Shown here: piece after piece, positions 28,210-41,191 of the stretch
How the letters are laid out: every line of letters starts with the position of its first letter
Numbering within the stretch: the first letter of the stretch is position 1
Assembly (NCBI RefSeq): GCF_009914755.1
Contig: NC_060934.1
Strand: one strand, 5' to 3'
DNA from: the human T2T-CHM13v2.0 reference genome, Homo sapiens
Length of the DNA: 64,000 nucleotides
Made by a program: the position numbers and the translations under genes
The notes under the pieces: generated by a model
What the model was told of the DNA's origin: nothing
Database searches by the model: none
What the model saw: the letters and a program-made list of their open reading frames with translations, nothing else

Positions 28210-30731
28210 TCTTTTTTTGTCCTTCAGCTTTTAAGTTCTAGGGTACATGTGCAGGATTTGTTACACAGGTAAACATGTGCCATGGTGGTTTGCTGCACAG
28301 ATCAACCCATCACCTTGGTATTATGCCCAGCATCCATTAGCTATTCTTCCTGATGCTCTCCCTCCCTCCCCATAGGCACCTGTGTGTGTAGTTCCCCACC
28401 CTATGTCTATGTGTTCATATTGTTCAGCTCCAACTTATAAGTGAGAACATGTGGTGTTTGGTTTTCTGTTCCTGCATTAGTTTGATGAGGATAATGGCTT
28501 CCAGCTCCATCCATGTCCCTGTAAAGGACATTATCTCATTCCTTTTTATGGCTGTATAGTATTCCATGGTATATATGTACCACATTTTCTTTATCCAGTC
28601 TATCACTGATGGGCATTTGGGTTAATTCCATGTCTTTGGTATTTTCATGTCAAATGGTATTTCTGCTTCTAGATCTTTGAGAAATGATCACACTGTCTTC
28701 CACAATGGTTGAAATAATTTACACTCCCACCAACGGTGTAAAAGTGTTCCATTTTCTCTACAACCTTGCCAGCATCTGTTGTTTCTGGACATTTTAATAA
28801 TTGCCATTCTGACTAGCTTGAGACAGTGTATCATTGTGGTTTTGATTTGCATTTCTCTAATGATCAGTGATGTTAAACTTTGTTTCATATGTTTGTCAGC
28901 TGCATAAATGTCTTCTTTTGAGAAGTGTCTGTTCATGCCCTTTGCCCACTTTTTAGTGGGATTGTTTGTTTTTTATTATTGTAAATTTGTTTAAGTTCCT
29001 TGTGGACTCTGGATGTTAGACCTTTGTCAGAGGGATAGATTGCAAAAATTTTCTCCCGTTTTGTAAGTTGTCTGTTCACTCTGATGATAGTTTATTTTGC
29101 TGTGCAGAAGCTCTTTAGTTATCAGATTCCACATGTCAATTTTTGCTTTTGTTGCAATTGCTTTTGGTGTTTTCATCATGAAATCTGTGCCTGTGTCTAT
29201 GTCCTAAATGGTATTGCCTAGATTTTCTCCTAGGGTTTTTATAGTTTTGGGTTTTACATTTAAGTTTGTAATCTGTCTTGAGTTAATTTTTGTATAAGGT
29301 GCAAGGAATTAATCCAGTTCCAGTTTTCTGCATGTGGCTAGCCAGTTCTTCCGGCACTATTTATTAAATAGGGAATCCTTTCCTCATTGCTTGTTTTTGT
29401 CAGGTTTGTTGAAGATTCAATGGTTGCAGCTGAGTAGTCTTATTTCTGAGTTCTCTATTCTGTTCCATTGGTCTATGTGTCTGTTTTTGTACCAGTACCA
29501 TGCTGTTTTCATTACTGTAGCCATGTAGTACAGTTTGAAGTTGGGTAGCATGGTGACTCCAGCTTTGTTCTTTTTGCTTAGGATTGTCTTGGCTATTTGG
29601 GCTCTTTTTAGGTTTCATATGAATTTTAAAACTAATGAGAACAAAGAGACAATGTACCAGAATCTCTGGGATGCAGCTAAAGTAGTGTTAAGAGGTAAAT
29701 TTATAGCACTAAATGCCCACATCAAAAAGCTAGAAAGATCTCAGATTAACAACCTAACACCATAATTAAAAGAACTAGAGAACCTAAACCAAACAAACCC
29801 CAAAACTAGCAGAAGACAAGAAAAAGAGAAAACTTCAAGCCAGTATCCCTGATGAACATTAATGCAAAAATCCTCAATAAAATACTGGCAAACCGAATCC
29901 AGCAACACATCAAAAAGCTTATCCATCACTATCAAATTGGCTTCTTCCCTGGGATGCAAGGTTGGTTCAATATATGCAAATCAATAAATGTAATTCATTA
30001 CGTAGGCAGAACTAAAGACAAATACCACAAGATTATCTCAATAGATGCAGAAAAGGCCTTCAATAAAATTCAACATCGCTTCATGTTAAAAACTCTAAAT
30101 AAACTAGATATTGAAGGAACATACCTCAAAATAACAAGAACCATATATAACAAACCCACAGCCAATATCATACTGAATGGGCAAAAGCTGGAAGAATTCC
30201 CCTTGAAAACCAGCACAAGGCAAGTCTGTTGTTTCTTACCATTGCTATTCAACATGGTATTGGAAGTTCTGGCCAGGGCAATCAGGCAAGAGAAAGAAAT
30301 AAAGGGTATTCAAATAGGGAGAGAGGAAGTCAAATTATCTATGTTTGCAGATGACATGATCTAGAAAATCCCATCATCTCAGCCCAAAATCTTCTCAAGC
30401 TAAAAAGCAACTTCAGCAAAGTCTCAGGATACAAAATCAATGTGCAAAAATTGTTAACATTCCAATACACCAACAACAGGCAAGCAGAGAGCCAAATCAT
30501 GAATAACTCCCATTCACAATTGCTACAACAAGAATAGGAATACAGCTAACAAGAGAAGTGAAGGACCTCTTCAAGGAGAACTACAAACCACTGCTAAAGG
30601 AAATCAGAGAGGACACAAACAAATGGAAAAACATTCCATGCTCATGGATAGGAAGAATCAATATCATGAAAATGGTCATACTACCAAAAGTAATTTATAG
30701 ATTCAATGCTATTCCCACAAAACTGCCATTG
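28210..30731 (-). mobile_element. Older L1PA (about PA10-PA13) with 5' inversion and internal deletions
   Basis: 3' end and ORF2 C-terminus on - strand (28210-29628); upstream ORF2 segment on + strand (29630-30731); strand switch at gaattttaaa|actaatgagaac. Confidence 0.9.
29852..30364 (+). pseudogene. L1 ORF2 reverse-transcriptase fragment (non-functional)
   Basis: 170-aa ORF with [23 protein letters not shown] and LSMFADDMI motifs, stopping right after FADD. Confidence 0.9.
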
Positions 30732-30902
30732 AGCCCCATCTGATCTGAATGCTCTTCCTTAAATGAAGGCAGTTCATAGCTGATGCTGGTCTTCCCAGGG
30801 ATAGCATGGACTTTGACAGAGCAAGTTGGAAAGAGAGAAGGTTGGCTAATAGGCAACTCTCCCTCCTCAAGTGGTAACAAAAACTCCTCTGAGATTACTG
30901 TA

Positions 30903-31042
30903 TAGCAATGGTTCTAAAACCCTGATGGGTATCACAGTTACCTCTGGAATTTAGTAAAAGTAAAAATACAAAGGCATCTGATGTTTTCTATTAGCTCTCC
31001 AACTAATTCTGATATACACCAAAGTCGTAAACTACTGCTCTA
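30903..31042. mobile_element. MER5-type hAT MITE
   Basis: gcaatggttctaaaac...taattctgatatacaccaaagtcgtaaactactgc. Confidence 0.55.
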
Positions 31043-31449
31043 TGATGTGGTTGTATTTCCCAAAGTGTGTTCCATGGATCACTAGTTCCTCCGACTCATA
31101 CTAGTTAAATAAAGGAATTGTCAGGCTAAACATATTTCCCTACTGCAGACGGTTCAGCATTACGACAATGAAAATGTGCATTGTGAATCTTTTAGAGGAG
31201 AAAAAAAGTATGCAAATGCTCCCTAAACTTATTTGACCATGGAACTGTTTCTTCTAAGGGAACATGCATTAACGTCTTCTGCAAACACAGCAGTTACTGT
31301 TCAGAATAATATTATAGTAAACGCTTCAAAAATACAATCACTGAGCACCCCTCTGTCTTCTTAGGAAAACATTTGACCCTCTGTCTTAAGGCAATTCACA
31401 ACTGTCTGCCAGAGTGGTCAAATTTTAGATGATTTAGGGTGTACCTAAC

Positions 31450-31616
31450 ACCTCACTTTTAAAAATGGTCTGTAGTCCAGCAGTATCCAGCATCACTTGG
31501 AAGTTTGTTAGAAATGAGGAATACCAGGTCCCACCCTAGATCTATTGAATTGGAATCTGCATCTTAATAGGATTTTTGGATGGTTCCTTTGCATTCACCA
31601 CGAGAAGCAGAGGTTT
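31450..31616. mobile_element. MER5-type hAT MITE
   Basis: cagcatcacttggaagtttgttagaaatg...cccaccctagatctattgaattggaatctgcatcttaa. Confidence 0.7.
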
Positions 31617-32016
31617 TTAACCAGAAATAAGAGGAGGAGCCATCCAATATACAAATATTGGCCCTCTCTTCACCATCCTCTATCAAAACTTCTGAATCAT
31701 TCTTGTAAACAACGTGAAACAGAAATATGCCTGTAGATGACACTGATATACTCACTAGATCTTCCTTTCTTTGGTTCAGTTTTTCAAAGGCTGGGCTCCT
31801 GACTGAAAGAGTCACAGGTAGCAGTCCTCATAGATTCAGGATTACCAGCAAGAAGCAAACACTTCCTAAAACTTACAGTGTTTCTCAGCCAATAAATTAT
31901 ATATATTAGTTTATTGGATATAATAGAGAAGAAATGCTTTGTGACTCTAATTAGTGCAAAAATTGCTTAGGATTTTAATCATTGTTTCTAGGCTTCTTAG
32001 CACAAGTGAACTGTAA

Positions 32017-32342
<326 letters not shown>

Positions 32343-32489
32343 ATCTATCTGGAGCTTTATTCTTACAAGTTTTCAGCTCCATTTCTGAAATACTCTGCCA
32401 ATTGTACTACCCGGTGGATCATCCAGGTAATGCATCTTCTTTTTTTCTGTTCATATGGCATCTCCCTAGTTTCTAACCTTCTGCTACAC

Positions 32490-33830
32490 ACCCAAATTCT
32501 CCTCCTTGTCTTGCCTTTGGCTTTCAGCTGTTTTATTATGATGTGTTTAAGTGTGATTTTATTTGTATTCATAGTGCTTGTGGTTGCTTCTTGAATCTGT
32601 GGCTATTATCGTTTCAAATATTTATTCTGCCTCATTCTTTCCTATCCTTTTGGGATACAGGCTATATGTATGCTATGCCTTTTCACTGTGTTCCACGTTT
32701 CTGGTGCTTTTTCTATATTTTCCATTCCTATTCTTTCTGTGCTTCAGTTTGAATATTTTCTATTGACCATTCTTCTGGTTTATTAATCCTGTCTTCTGTG
32801 TCTAATCACTGTCAAACTCATAATTTCAGATGTTACATTTTTAAAATCTAAAATTTTGATCTGATTTGTTTTTAGAGATTACGGTTCTCTGAGAAATTCC
32901 TCATTTTAAAAAGTATTTTCCTTATTTTTTGAACGTATTAATTACAGTAAAAGTCTTTGCTAATTCCAATATCTAGGTTACCCGTGGCTCTATTTCTATT
33001 GCATGTTTTTTTTCCCTCTTGGTTTTCAGTAACATAGTCCTGACTCTCAGCATGTGGAAAATTTTTTTTTTAACCAAATGCTGATCACTGCATGTAAGAA
33101 TTATATAGGCTCCAGATGACTTTTTCTTTCTCCCCAGTGTGTTCGCCCTTTCCACTACTGGGCAAACAAAATTAAGACTGATTATTTAAAGTAATTAGGG
33201 TTTGAACTGAGTTGAGGCTGATGTTTAGTTTTGGTAAGACTCAGTCTACCTCTTATTTGGTCCTGTTATTACGATATTGTTTCTTAGGGTTTTCAGCTGA
33301 ATGCTTGGTGTGTTCATTGGGCTCTCTCTCTCTCTCTGGAAGAATCTAATCTTGATCTCATTAGCATTATGAAACAGTAAAAACTCTTCTGATTTTCAGG
33401 TTTTGGGCTTAGCTTGCAAGTTCTAAAATTTACTCTTATTTCTCTAGTACCATAAGTACATGAAAAGCATGCTACTTTGTGTTTCATATGTTTTCTGTTT
33501 AACTTTTCAATCTCCTACCCTCACATCTTCTGAAATTGGCAAAGGTCTTGAAGGGTTGTGTGTTTGAGGCTCCTCATCTTCAATTCTCTACAGACCCTCA
33601 AGACCACATACTTTGCTGGTATTTAGTTTTAACAGCAGTCTGGGAAAGTCTTAAATTGCCAATTTGTTAAAATTTGCAAATGCCCCTAGGAAAAAGTGAC
33701 TGCCTCTTACCAACTCACCTTTCTGAGGTTCTCTCCTGTTTAGAAAATTAGCCATTCTTGTCCTCTTTGGTTCAACAGCTATCTGATGTTTTTGAGAGTT
33801 AATCTATATTTTATTCCGTGTTTATAGTTT
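32490..33830 (-). mobile_element. Old L1M 5'/ORF1 region
   Basis: tttggctttcagctgttttattatgatgtgtttaagtgtg...gcttcttgaatctgtgg; - strand peptide TLKHIIIKQLKAK resembles L1 ORF1 TPRHIIIKL. Right boundary uncertain. Confidence 0.6.
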
Positions 33831-34489
33831 TCTTGAAGGAGGCATTGGTCAGCCACAAATTATTCCCCTTCTACTCAGAACTGGATGTTCCTATCTTGCT
33901 TCTTGGATTGACACTTCAGTCACATAATTTCCCTGGTTTTTCATTTTGATTTCACCTTTGCATTCTATTTCTTAGATTGCCCTCACCTCTGAGCTGTGCA
34001 AATCTCTTGATTCCTCCCTCAGCACAGGTCCTTACACAGGTCAAGTGTCTTAGACTTCTACCTGGTCAGATAAAATATTACCAGAAAAAAAAAAACGATG
34101 AAACTAAAACTCAGCATAAGCTGAACACAAAGAAAGCCAAATGCAAGAAATAACTTGGTAAAAGAGTGATTTGTACCCAAGTTAATGTTCTCCTAACAAA
34201 AGAAAGGGAAGTGCTTTCTCTAGGTATTCATTCTCTGAAGAATGCTTTTCATATGAAATGTTCCCATGCTTTCCTAATACTGAATCTCAAAACCAAATGT
34301 CTGATATCTCAAATGGATAGCCTATTTTTCGAATGTCTTGATGACAGAAAATGAGAAAAAAATGGATGGATTAAAGATGTTTGAAAGGTCATGGATCCTT
34401 TGCAGCTCAAAATAGCTTTTTCTATTCATGTTGAATCTTATTGAGGCGGAGAGAGTTGAGCAGACACATAATTGTAGAACATGAAGTTA

Positions 34490-34743
34490 CAGGTTGAGCC
34501 TCCCTTTTCAGAAATGCTTGGGACTAGAAGTGTTTTGGATTTTGGTGTTTTTTGTTTGTTTGTTTGTTTTTACATTTTGGAATATTAGCCTTATACTTAC
34601 TAGTTGGGCATCCCTAATCAGAAAACTTGAAATCCAAAATACTCCAGTGAGCATTTCATTTGAGTGTCATGTTGGCACTCAAGAAGTTTTAGATTTTGGA
34701 GTATTTCAGATTTTAGTATTTTGAATTTGGGATGCTTAACCTG
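34490..34743 (+). mobile_element. Tigger4a MITE (third copy)
   Basis: ta|caggttgagcc...gaaatgcttgggactagaagtgttttgg...gggatgcttaacctg|ta. Confidence 0.85.
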
Positions 34744-36389
34744 TATTACTATAATTTAATGTACTTCTCCAAACTAATTAAAGGGCCCTTGAAGGCATGT
34801 TTCTCAGTAATTCACTAACCCAGAGAATTTCAGATTATTTGAGGTCTGATAGAGCTATTTTGTTAGCATAAGACTTACTGGAAATAGTATTAAAATATAT
34901 ATTCCTTTTCAAGAGAAATAACCTCAGGAAGTATACTTACTTTGTTTACCAATGACCACTTGTGTTGTTCCTAAAAATTTCCAACATTTGTCCTCAACGA
35001 CTTGAATGTACTTGAACTAAACATGTGATTCTTTCTCCTTATTTTGTGTCATTATAACGTTTGCTCCTGCATCAGCCTAATGCTGATTATTACTGTGCAT
35101 CTTGTCTGAAGTGTTTGGAGTAGACTACTTCAGTACTTTGTGCCCTAGCAGTCATTTTTTAAAATACTGGTAATGATCCCAGTGGATAAAACATTTAATA
35201 GTCTTTCATAAACAGAGCCTGTTATAAAAATGAACAAAATGTCCATTCTCATCAATTTGCTAATGCCATGTTTGGTTCAGCTACAGTTCATTCCTGCAGG
35301 CTTTACCTCTAAAGGGTTGGCATAGAAAATGAGAAGAAATGAAAATCAGCTCATCTAAATAAAACCACTGGGACACTTGCTAATATTCCTCAGATCTCTT
35401 TCTCCAACTTAAGCTAGATGTGATTCAACATCCACGGCTCAAATTTTGTTGTTTTATTTTTGCCTTAGAAATGAACAGAACTTAGAGATCTTTAATCTCC
35501 TGTCTTTTTTTTTAATACTTGGGGAAACTAAAACATGTTCAATAGAGTGACATTCCAGGAATCACCTAGAGAGTAGCATGGAATACAGCCTGAGTCTCTT
35601 AATTTTCTCAAGTCTCTTAATTTCTTCAAGCTCCTTGACAACAAGTAACAAATTTGCTTTTCTTAAAAAGACTGACTTTTTGTGTGAAAGGGAAAGGGAT
35701 ATATATGAAAAAGGAAATACACATGTATTTACAAAAGGAAGCAATGAAGTGATAAACTAAAACCTAATAAAAATAGTTAATTCTAAAGGGAGTGAGAGAA
35801 CAGGAAGGAGGGGACAAGAATGGAACTAAGACTTTAAATTACCTTGTTTTATGATTTTCATTTTGGACATAATAAACAATTTAAATGTAGAAAAATTGAA
35901 AATATAGAAAAATAATGACAAAAATGCACAAACAACCAAAGGAATAAAAAATAGAATCTAATATATTTACTATCAGGAATAATTTTAAGTGGTCTATCTT
36001 ATAGTATTGATATTTGAACATCAAAATGAAAGTCTCAACCCTGGTCAATATTTCTTTTTTTGACATAAAAAAGCACATACATTTTGTCAATATTTATATG
36101 GTTTGGAGTTCACAAAAAATAGGCTGGTTAGAATTGAATAAGTTAGACGCAGGGGCTTATTTACCCTTCTAATGGATAAAAACAGGTTTGGAGTTTTTAA
36201 ACAAAGTTTATAGGAGGCCATTGTGTGAAATGACCAAACCAGAATGGAGTTTCTGGAGCTAGGTGCCACATAATCTATCTTTAAAATGACTTCTCTTCAA
36301 AAAAAGAAGTGATGTGCAGCAACCAATCAGAAGGGGTGCCTGAGACAGCATAAGGATGTCTCCTCTCTGTTATAGCTTTAGGGAAATTA

Positions 36390-36769
36390 ACTTTGAAATG
36401 ATTCTAGAAAAAGTCAATTAGATGTTTATAATAAATTTTCGTAATAAAAAAATCAGGCTTCAAGTGATTAGGCAGTATGAAAATACGTGGGCGAAGTAAT
36501 GGAAGATGAGGGCTATTTTTATTAAAGTCTGTTTAAGCATATTCATCTTGGTATTGGCTCTGTCTTCAGTAAGAATAGTAGCTCTTCTCTCCCTAGTATA
36601 AAAGGGGCATCTTCCTCAAAGGGCAATCCATACCTTCCTTTTAGGCAGATAAAGCCTAGAAGAGTAGAGAGCTCTTCCTGCATCTGCTGAGTCTCAATTG
36701 CCTTTAGCTCAAAATAATCCTTATGCCAATGTGGTATAATTTTGTGATGACTTATTCTGAACTCTTTCA
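36390..36769 (-). mobile_element. ERV1 LTR (MER31/MER34-like)
   Basis: ctcttcctgcatctgctg..tctcaattgcctttagctcaaaataatccttatgccaa...ttctgaactctttca is the reverse complement of the LTR 5' end of this group. Confidence 0.65.
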
Positions 36770-37187
36770 GCGCAAGCTCAGACAGGCAATAGAAACAAAG
36801 AACCTTAAGCACATAGCCAACAATCTTACTAATATTATACACGTCTGAAGAACATTATAAATATACCCTGGATATTGCCAATATCAACATTGACTTCAAG
36901 TTTGCTTTCCTCAAACAATGTGGTCAATATATCTAATGAAAGAAAATCTAAAAGTAAATGTGTGCATTCCGCTTTGATACAGTCTACTCCTGAAGATAGT
37001 GTAACATATGTTACATGGCCAATCTCCAGACCATGTTACTCTTAAAGATGGTACTATGTACTGGCTTTGATTTGGAGGCTATACAGTTGGATTAATCTTA
37101 CTATGTTTGCAAACTTAGACAAGTTACTTAACTTCTCTGAGCTTCCATTTGCATATGTAAAAACTGCACATAATGATATTTATCAAT

Positions 37188-37558
37188 CTAAAAGGAAGAG
37201 GGAGGCTGAGGCAAAACATATAATTTAAAGAGTTTACTTGAGCCAAAGTGAGGACAGCTATCTAGAAGACTTAGATCCAAGTAACCTTGAATATAAGCTC
37301 CATTTGGCTTTTGTTACAAGCAGGTTTTTAAAGGAAAAAAAAAAAAAAAGGACGGGGTGGGCTTATACAAAGTCGTTTGTCAGGAATTCTCATTGGTTAA
37401 CAGAGGTAACACTGATTAATGATTGGGTGCACATTGTTTAGCTATTGAGCGTGGATTTTAGTGTCTGATGTGACATTGTTCAGTTAATTTATAGCTATTT
37501 GCAGCAACAGCAAACAGTTTTGAAAGATGAATACATGGCTCAAAGCGGGGAGTAGGGT
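37188..37558 (-). mobile_element. ERV1 (MER4-group) LTR, subfamily uncertain
   Basis: gctgaggcaaaa...aagagtttacttgagccaa.gtgaggacagc pattern typical of reverse-oriented MER4-group LTRs. Confidence 0.5.
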
Positions 37559-38595
37559 TTTTCTTGTGTTATTTATTGTTGTTTTTGCATGAACAAAAGG
37601 TCAGAATGTTAAGGTAGTCAAGTTCATCAATAGTTTTTTCCTTTATGCTTAGTGCTTTTTTGTTTTATTCCCTACCCAAGGTCATGGAAATATCCTCATA
37701 TATTAATTAATGTTTTATCATTGAGTATGATCATTATTGTAAGTTTTTGGTATGTACACTTTTTAGGCTATTATAATTCCTATCAATTCCTGGTTTGCTA
37801 AGATATATCACAAAAAAATATATAAATTTAGAGAGATGTTTTCTCCTTTATTGAATGAGATTTTGTTTTATATTTCTCCTTTAAAATCTTAATGTATTAG
37901 GTTATGTTAATTTATTTTATAACATTAAATAAACCTGAGTTCTTGGAATAAATCATACTTAGTCATTACATATTACTTTTATATACATTATTGCATTTAG
38001 GTTGAAATTAATTGGCCTACAATTTTCCTTTTTTGTATTGACATTGTCTTATTTGGATATCAAAGTTAGACTAGAATTTACTATTTCTGAAGCAGTTTGT
38101 GCAAATTTGAAATTAACTCGTAATAAATATTTGTTAGAACATGCTTGTAAAAACATTTGGGACTTTGTTTTCTTTGAACCAGTGATTCAATTTTTTTGTT
38201 ATTGTTCAGTTTGTTGGAGCTTCCACCATCTTTGTAACACTGAGACTTAAGCTTAAATTTAAGTTTGTATTCTTGTAGGTAACTATGTCACAGAAAAAGA
38301 CAAGAGAATTGCATATAGGATTTTCTCTGTCTTAACTCAGAAATGATTCACATATTTTTTCACATTGTAATTGGCCCATATAACTGCAAAGAAGCTAAGA
38401 AATAAAGGAAAGTAAATAGAAAACTTAGCAAGCTTTACTGTCTCTGGCAGCCTCTAAGTTCTTGGCCTGGACTACAGAAATAATACTTTGATTGATTGCA
38501 AGTTGGCAGTGAACTTGAAAATAAAGGGATGACCTGCCTTGATTTTCTGTCGTCTGGACATTCCACTGGTTTTGTATGCACCTAATGTCTTCTAG

Positions 38596-38812
<217 letters not shown>

Positions 38813-38849
38813 TTTTTTTTTTTTTTTAACTGAACACTGACTGATAAAC

Positions 38850-40880
38850 CATTTTGTACCAGAAGAAGTCTGGAAAACAGACTTCAAAAGATAGAAATGT
38901 GGCCTACTTGGGTTTAGAGACATTGGCAACCGATAGTGGTAGCTCATTGCTTATACTGGAAAAATATGTATTTGTCTATTTTGATTTGATTGTTAATGTC
39001 TAAGTCATCAACAATCTTATTGTCATCACCAATTTTCTGAACTGAGCTAGTTCACAAATTGAACAGGTCTTGTGAATGTAGGAGAGTCTAGTCAACTTGA
39101 TGAAAGATCGTACAACACTGGCACAATTATGTACTGCAAATCTGTTACCTGGCCTTTACCAAAAGAATCTGGGGCCATTTACAAGGGTGAATCCACAGTT
39201 GATAAAGTAAAATACCCAATCTTTTTGGGGATTACTTCTCATCAGCCTTGAGCTGATGCAAATTCCTCAGGACCATGAATCCTCTATACTCAGTTAAGCG
39301 GGGGGGCTTTAGAATTTGGGTGATAAAATGAAATGTTAACCTAAGTCCGCATCACGTAAAGCCAGGAACTCTGCAAAACCACACTGTGCTAATCCCTGAA
39401 AGCATGGTTGAAATAGATTTAATTATGTACTGACAGCCTCCCGACATTGGCATACTCACTATTGAAGTAAAGGCTTTAATGATAGAGATATGCAAGAAGT
39501 CCTTGGGATTTCTTTCTCCAAATAGTAAACAATAATTGATACTACATCCCTGAGGTAATTGAAAAGATCAGTGCCACCATCAAAATCTTGAAAGCTGCAG
39601 AGCTATTGATTTCTTTCAGGTCAACATTAACTCATCTGTTTGCTCTATGCAAAATACAGATGAATCTGGAATAATGACAGCAGATTATTACAACTATAGT
39701 TGTTACAGATGTGAACTCCTTGCTGGATCAATAGCTGATACTCAGCTATTGATTTGGATAATGTTTTACCACTGTATTCTGAATAGCAAAAAAATATCAG
39801 AAGCAGCTTCCTCTTATCTGCAAGGTACTGCCATATATCTTCATTGTCTTAGTTCAGAGTTATGTTAGTATTCTGGTTTTCAGCAATAATCTAGTCCAGA
39901 GAAACCAAGTATTACCATTCTACAGGGCAGCATGTTGGTCCATTATATGGATGAGTCATGCTGAGTGGGCTGTGTGAGTAGGAAGGAACCAGTATTTTAG
40001 ATGCCTTGATAACTGCATGCATGCCAGAGGTGGGAGAAACACCCCATGAAAATTCAAGGCATGTCATCTTGTTCATCTTGATGAAACTTCTAGGGTTGGG
40101 TAGACTGGGAAATGTGATATCTCATAAGAAAGAGAATATAAGTTGCTATGCCTTACACCCTCATCATTAAGGAGGCACAATATTTTGTGAACTTCTTTGG
40201 TTGTTAAAGGCAACATTCCCCACTTTTGAGTGTACTGCTCTGACTCATTTACCAGATGACAACCAGTAAATTTGCCAGTTTTGAATGGACCTAGACTAAA
40301 GGAGGCACTGCAGCTGGTCTGGACTGCTGTGAAAACCACTCCACTATTTAGACCTAATGACCAAGCAGACCCAATGATGCACAACATGTCTATGGCAGCT
40401 AGAGGTGCTGTACAAATGGAGCTGTGAGAAAACCCAGTAGGAGAAACAGTGCAGATACCTAGGGCTTTAGAGCGCGGCCATGCTCTATTCTGAAAATGAT
40501 CATTTATTCAGTTTGGAAATAGTTCTTAATTCTCTACTGGGCCCTAGTAGAGACTGAATGCCATACCACCTAAGTAGCCCATCATGAGTTAGGTGTTATC
40601 TCATCCACCAAACCTTACAATTGGGTGTTCGTAGAGTACTCCATGATCACAAGAAAAGAAAACTGCATATGAGATCGAAATGAAGTTGATCTTGAAGACG
40701 AAACTAAGTTGTGTGAGTACCTGGCACAGACTCCCTTGGCACCTACTTTTGCTGTCTTGCCAACTTGTTCTCAACTCACACCTCTAGTCTCCTAAGAAAT
40801 ATCCCTAATGAGTTGTCTGAGGAAGGAAATATTTGGGCCTCTTTCATGGATGGTTTCACACAATGTGTTGGCACCAGCTA
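38850..40880 (+). mobile_element. ERVL-class internal gag/pro/pol relic
   Basis: YYIPEVIEKISATIKILKAA and MQNTDESGIMTADY resemble the ERVL RT N-terminus (YRIPGGIAEISATIKDLKDAG...VQKTDGSWRMTVDY); LVHYMDE at 39935-39955 sits where LVHYIDD is expected. Many stops and frameshifts. Confidence 0.8.
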
Positions 40881-41068
40881 GGGGGAGACTTACTATAATG
40901 TTAAATGAATTTATAGTGGCAACTAACTTATATAATAGATACTCCATAAATGTTAGTCTTTCTTATCAATTTCCAAACTGTTCTGTAGCATGTCACTAAG
41001 TAAGATACTTGAAAAGAATTCCTGGTCTATACAACATTTTTAATAGAAACTTAAAAAAAAAAAACTCC

Positions 41069-41191
41069 AGGAGTTCTAAAGGAGTTAGTATAGTAAGATA
41101 CATTTTGAATTTCAGCATTTCTCAAGCTTTAGGAGTTCTAAAGGAGTTGGTATACTAAGATACATTTTGAATTTCAGCATTTCTCAAGCTT
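41069..41191. repeat. 62-bp tandem duplication (2 copies)
   Basis: aggagttctaaaggagtt(a/g)gtata(g/c)taagatacattttgaatttcagcatttctcaagctt occurs twice with 2 mismatches. Confidence 0.97.

Noticed and set aside
29852-30364. RT-domain ORF as a domesticated gene
   Set aside because: Stops right after FADD, lies inside a rearranged L1, and has no promoter or splice context.
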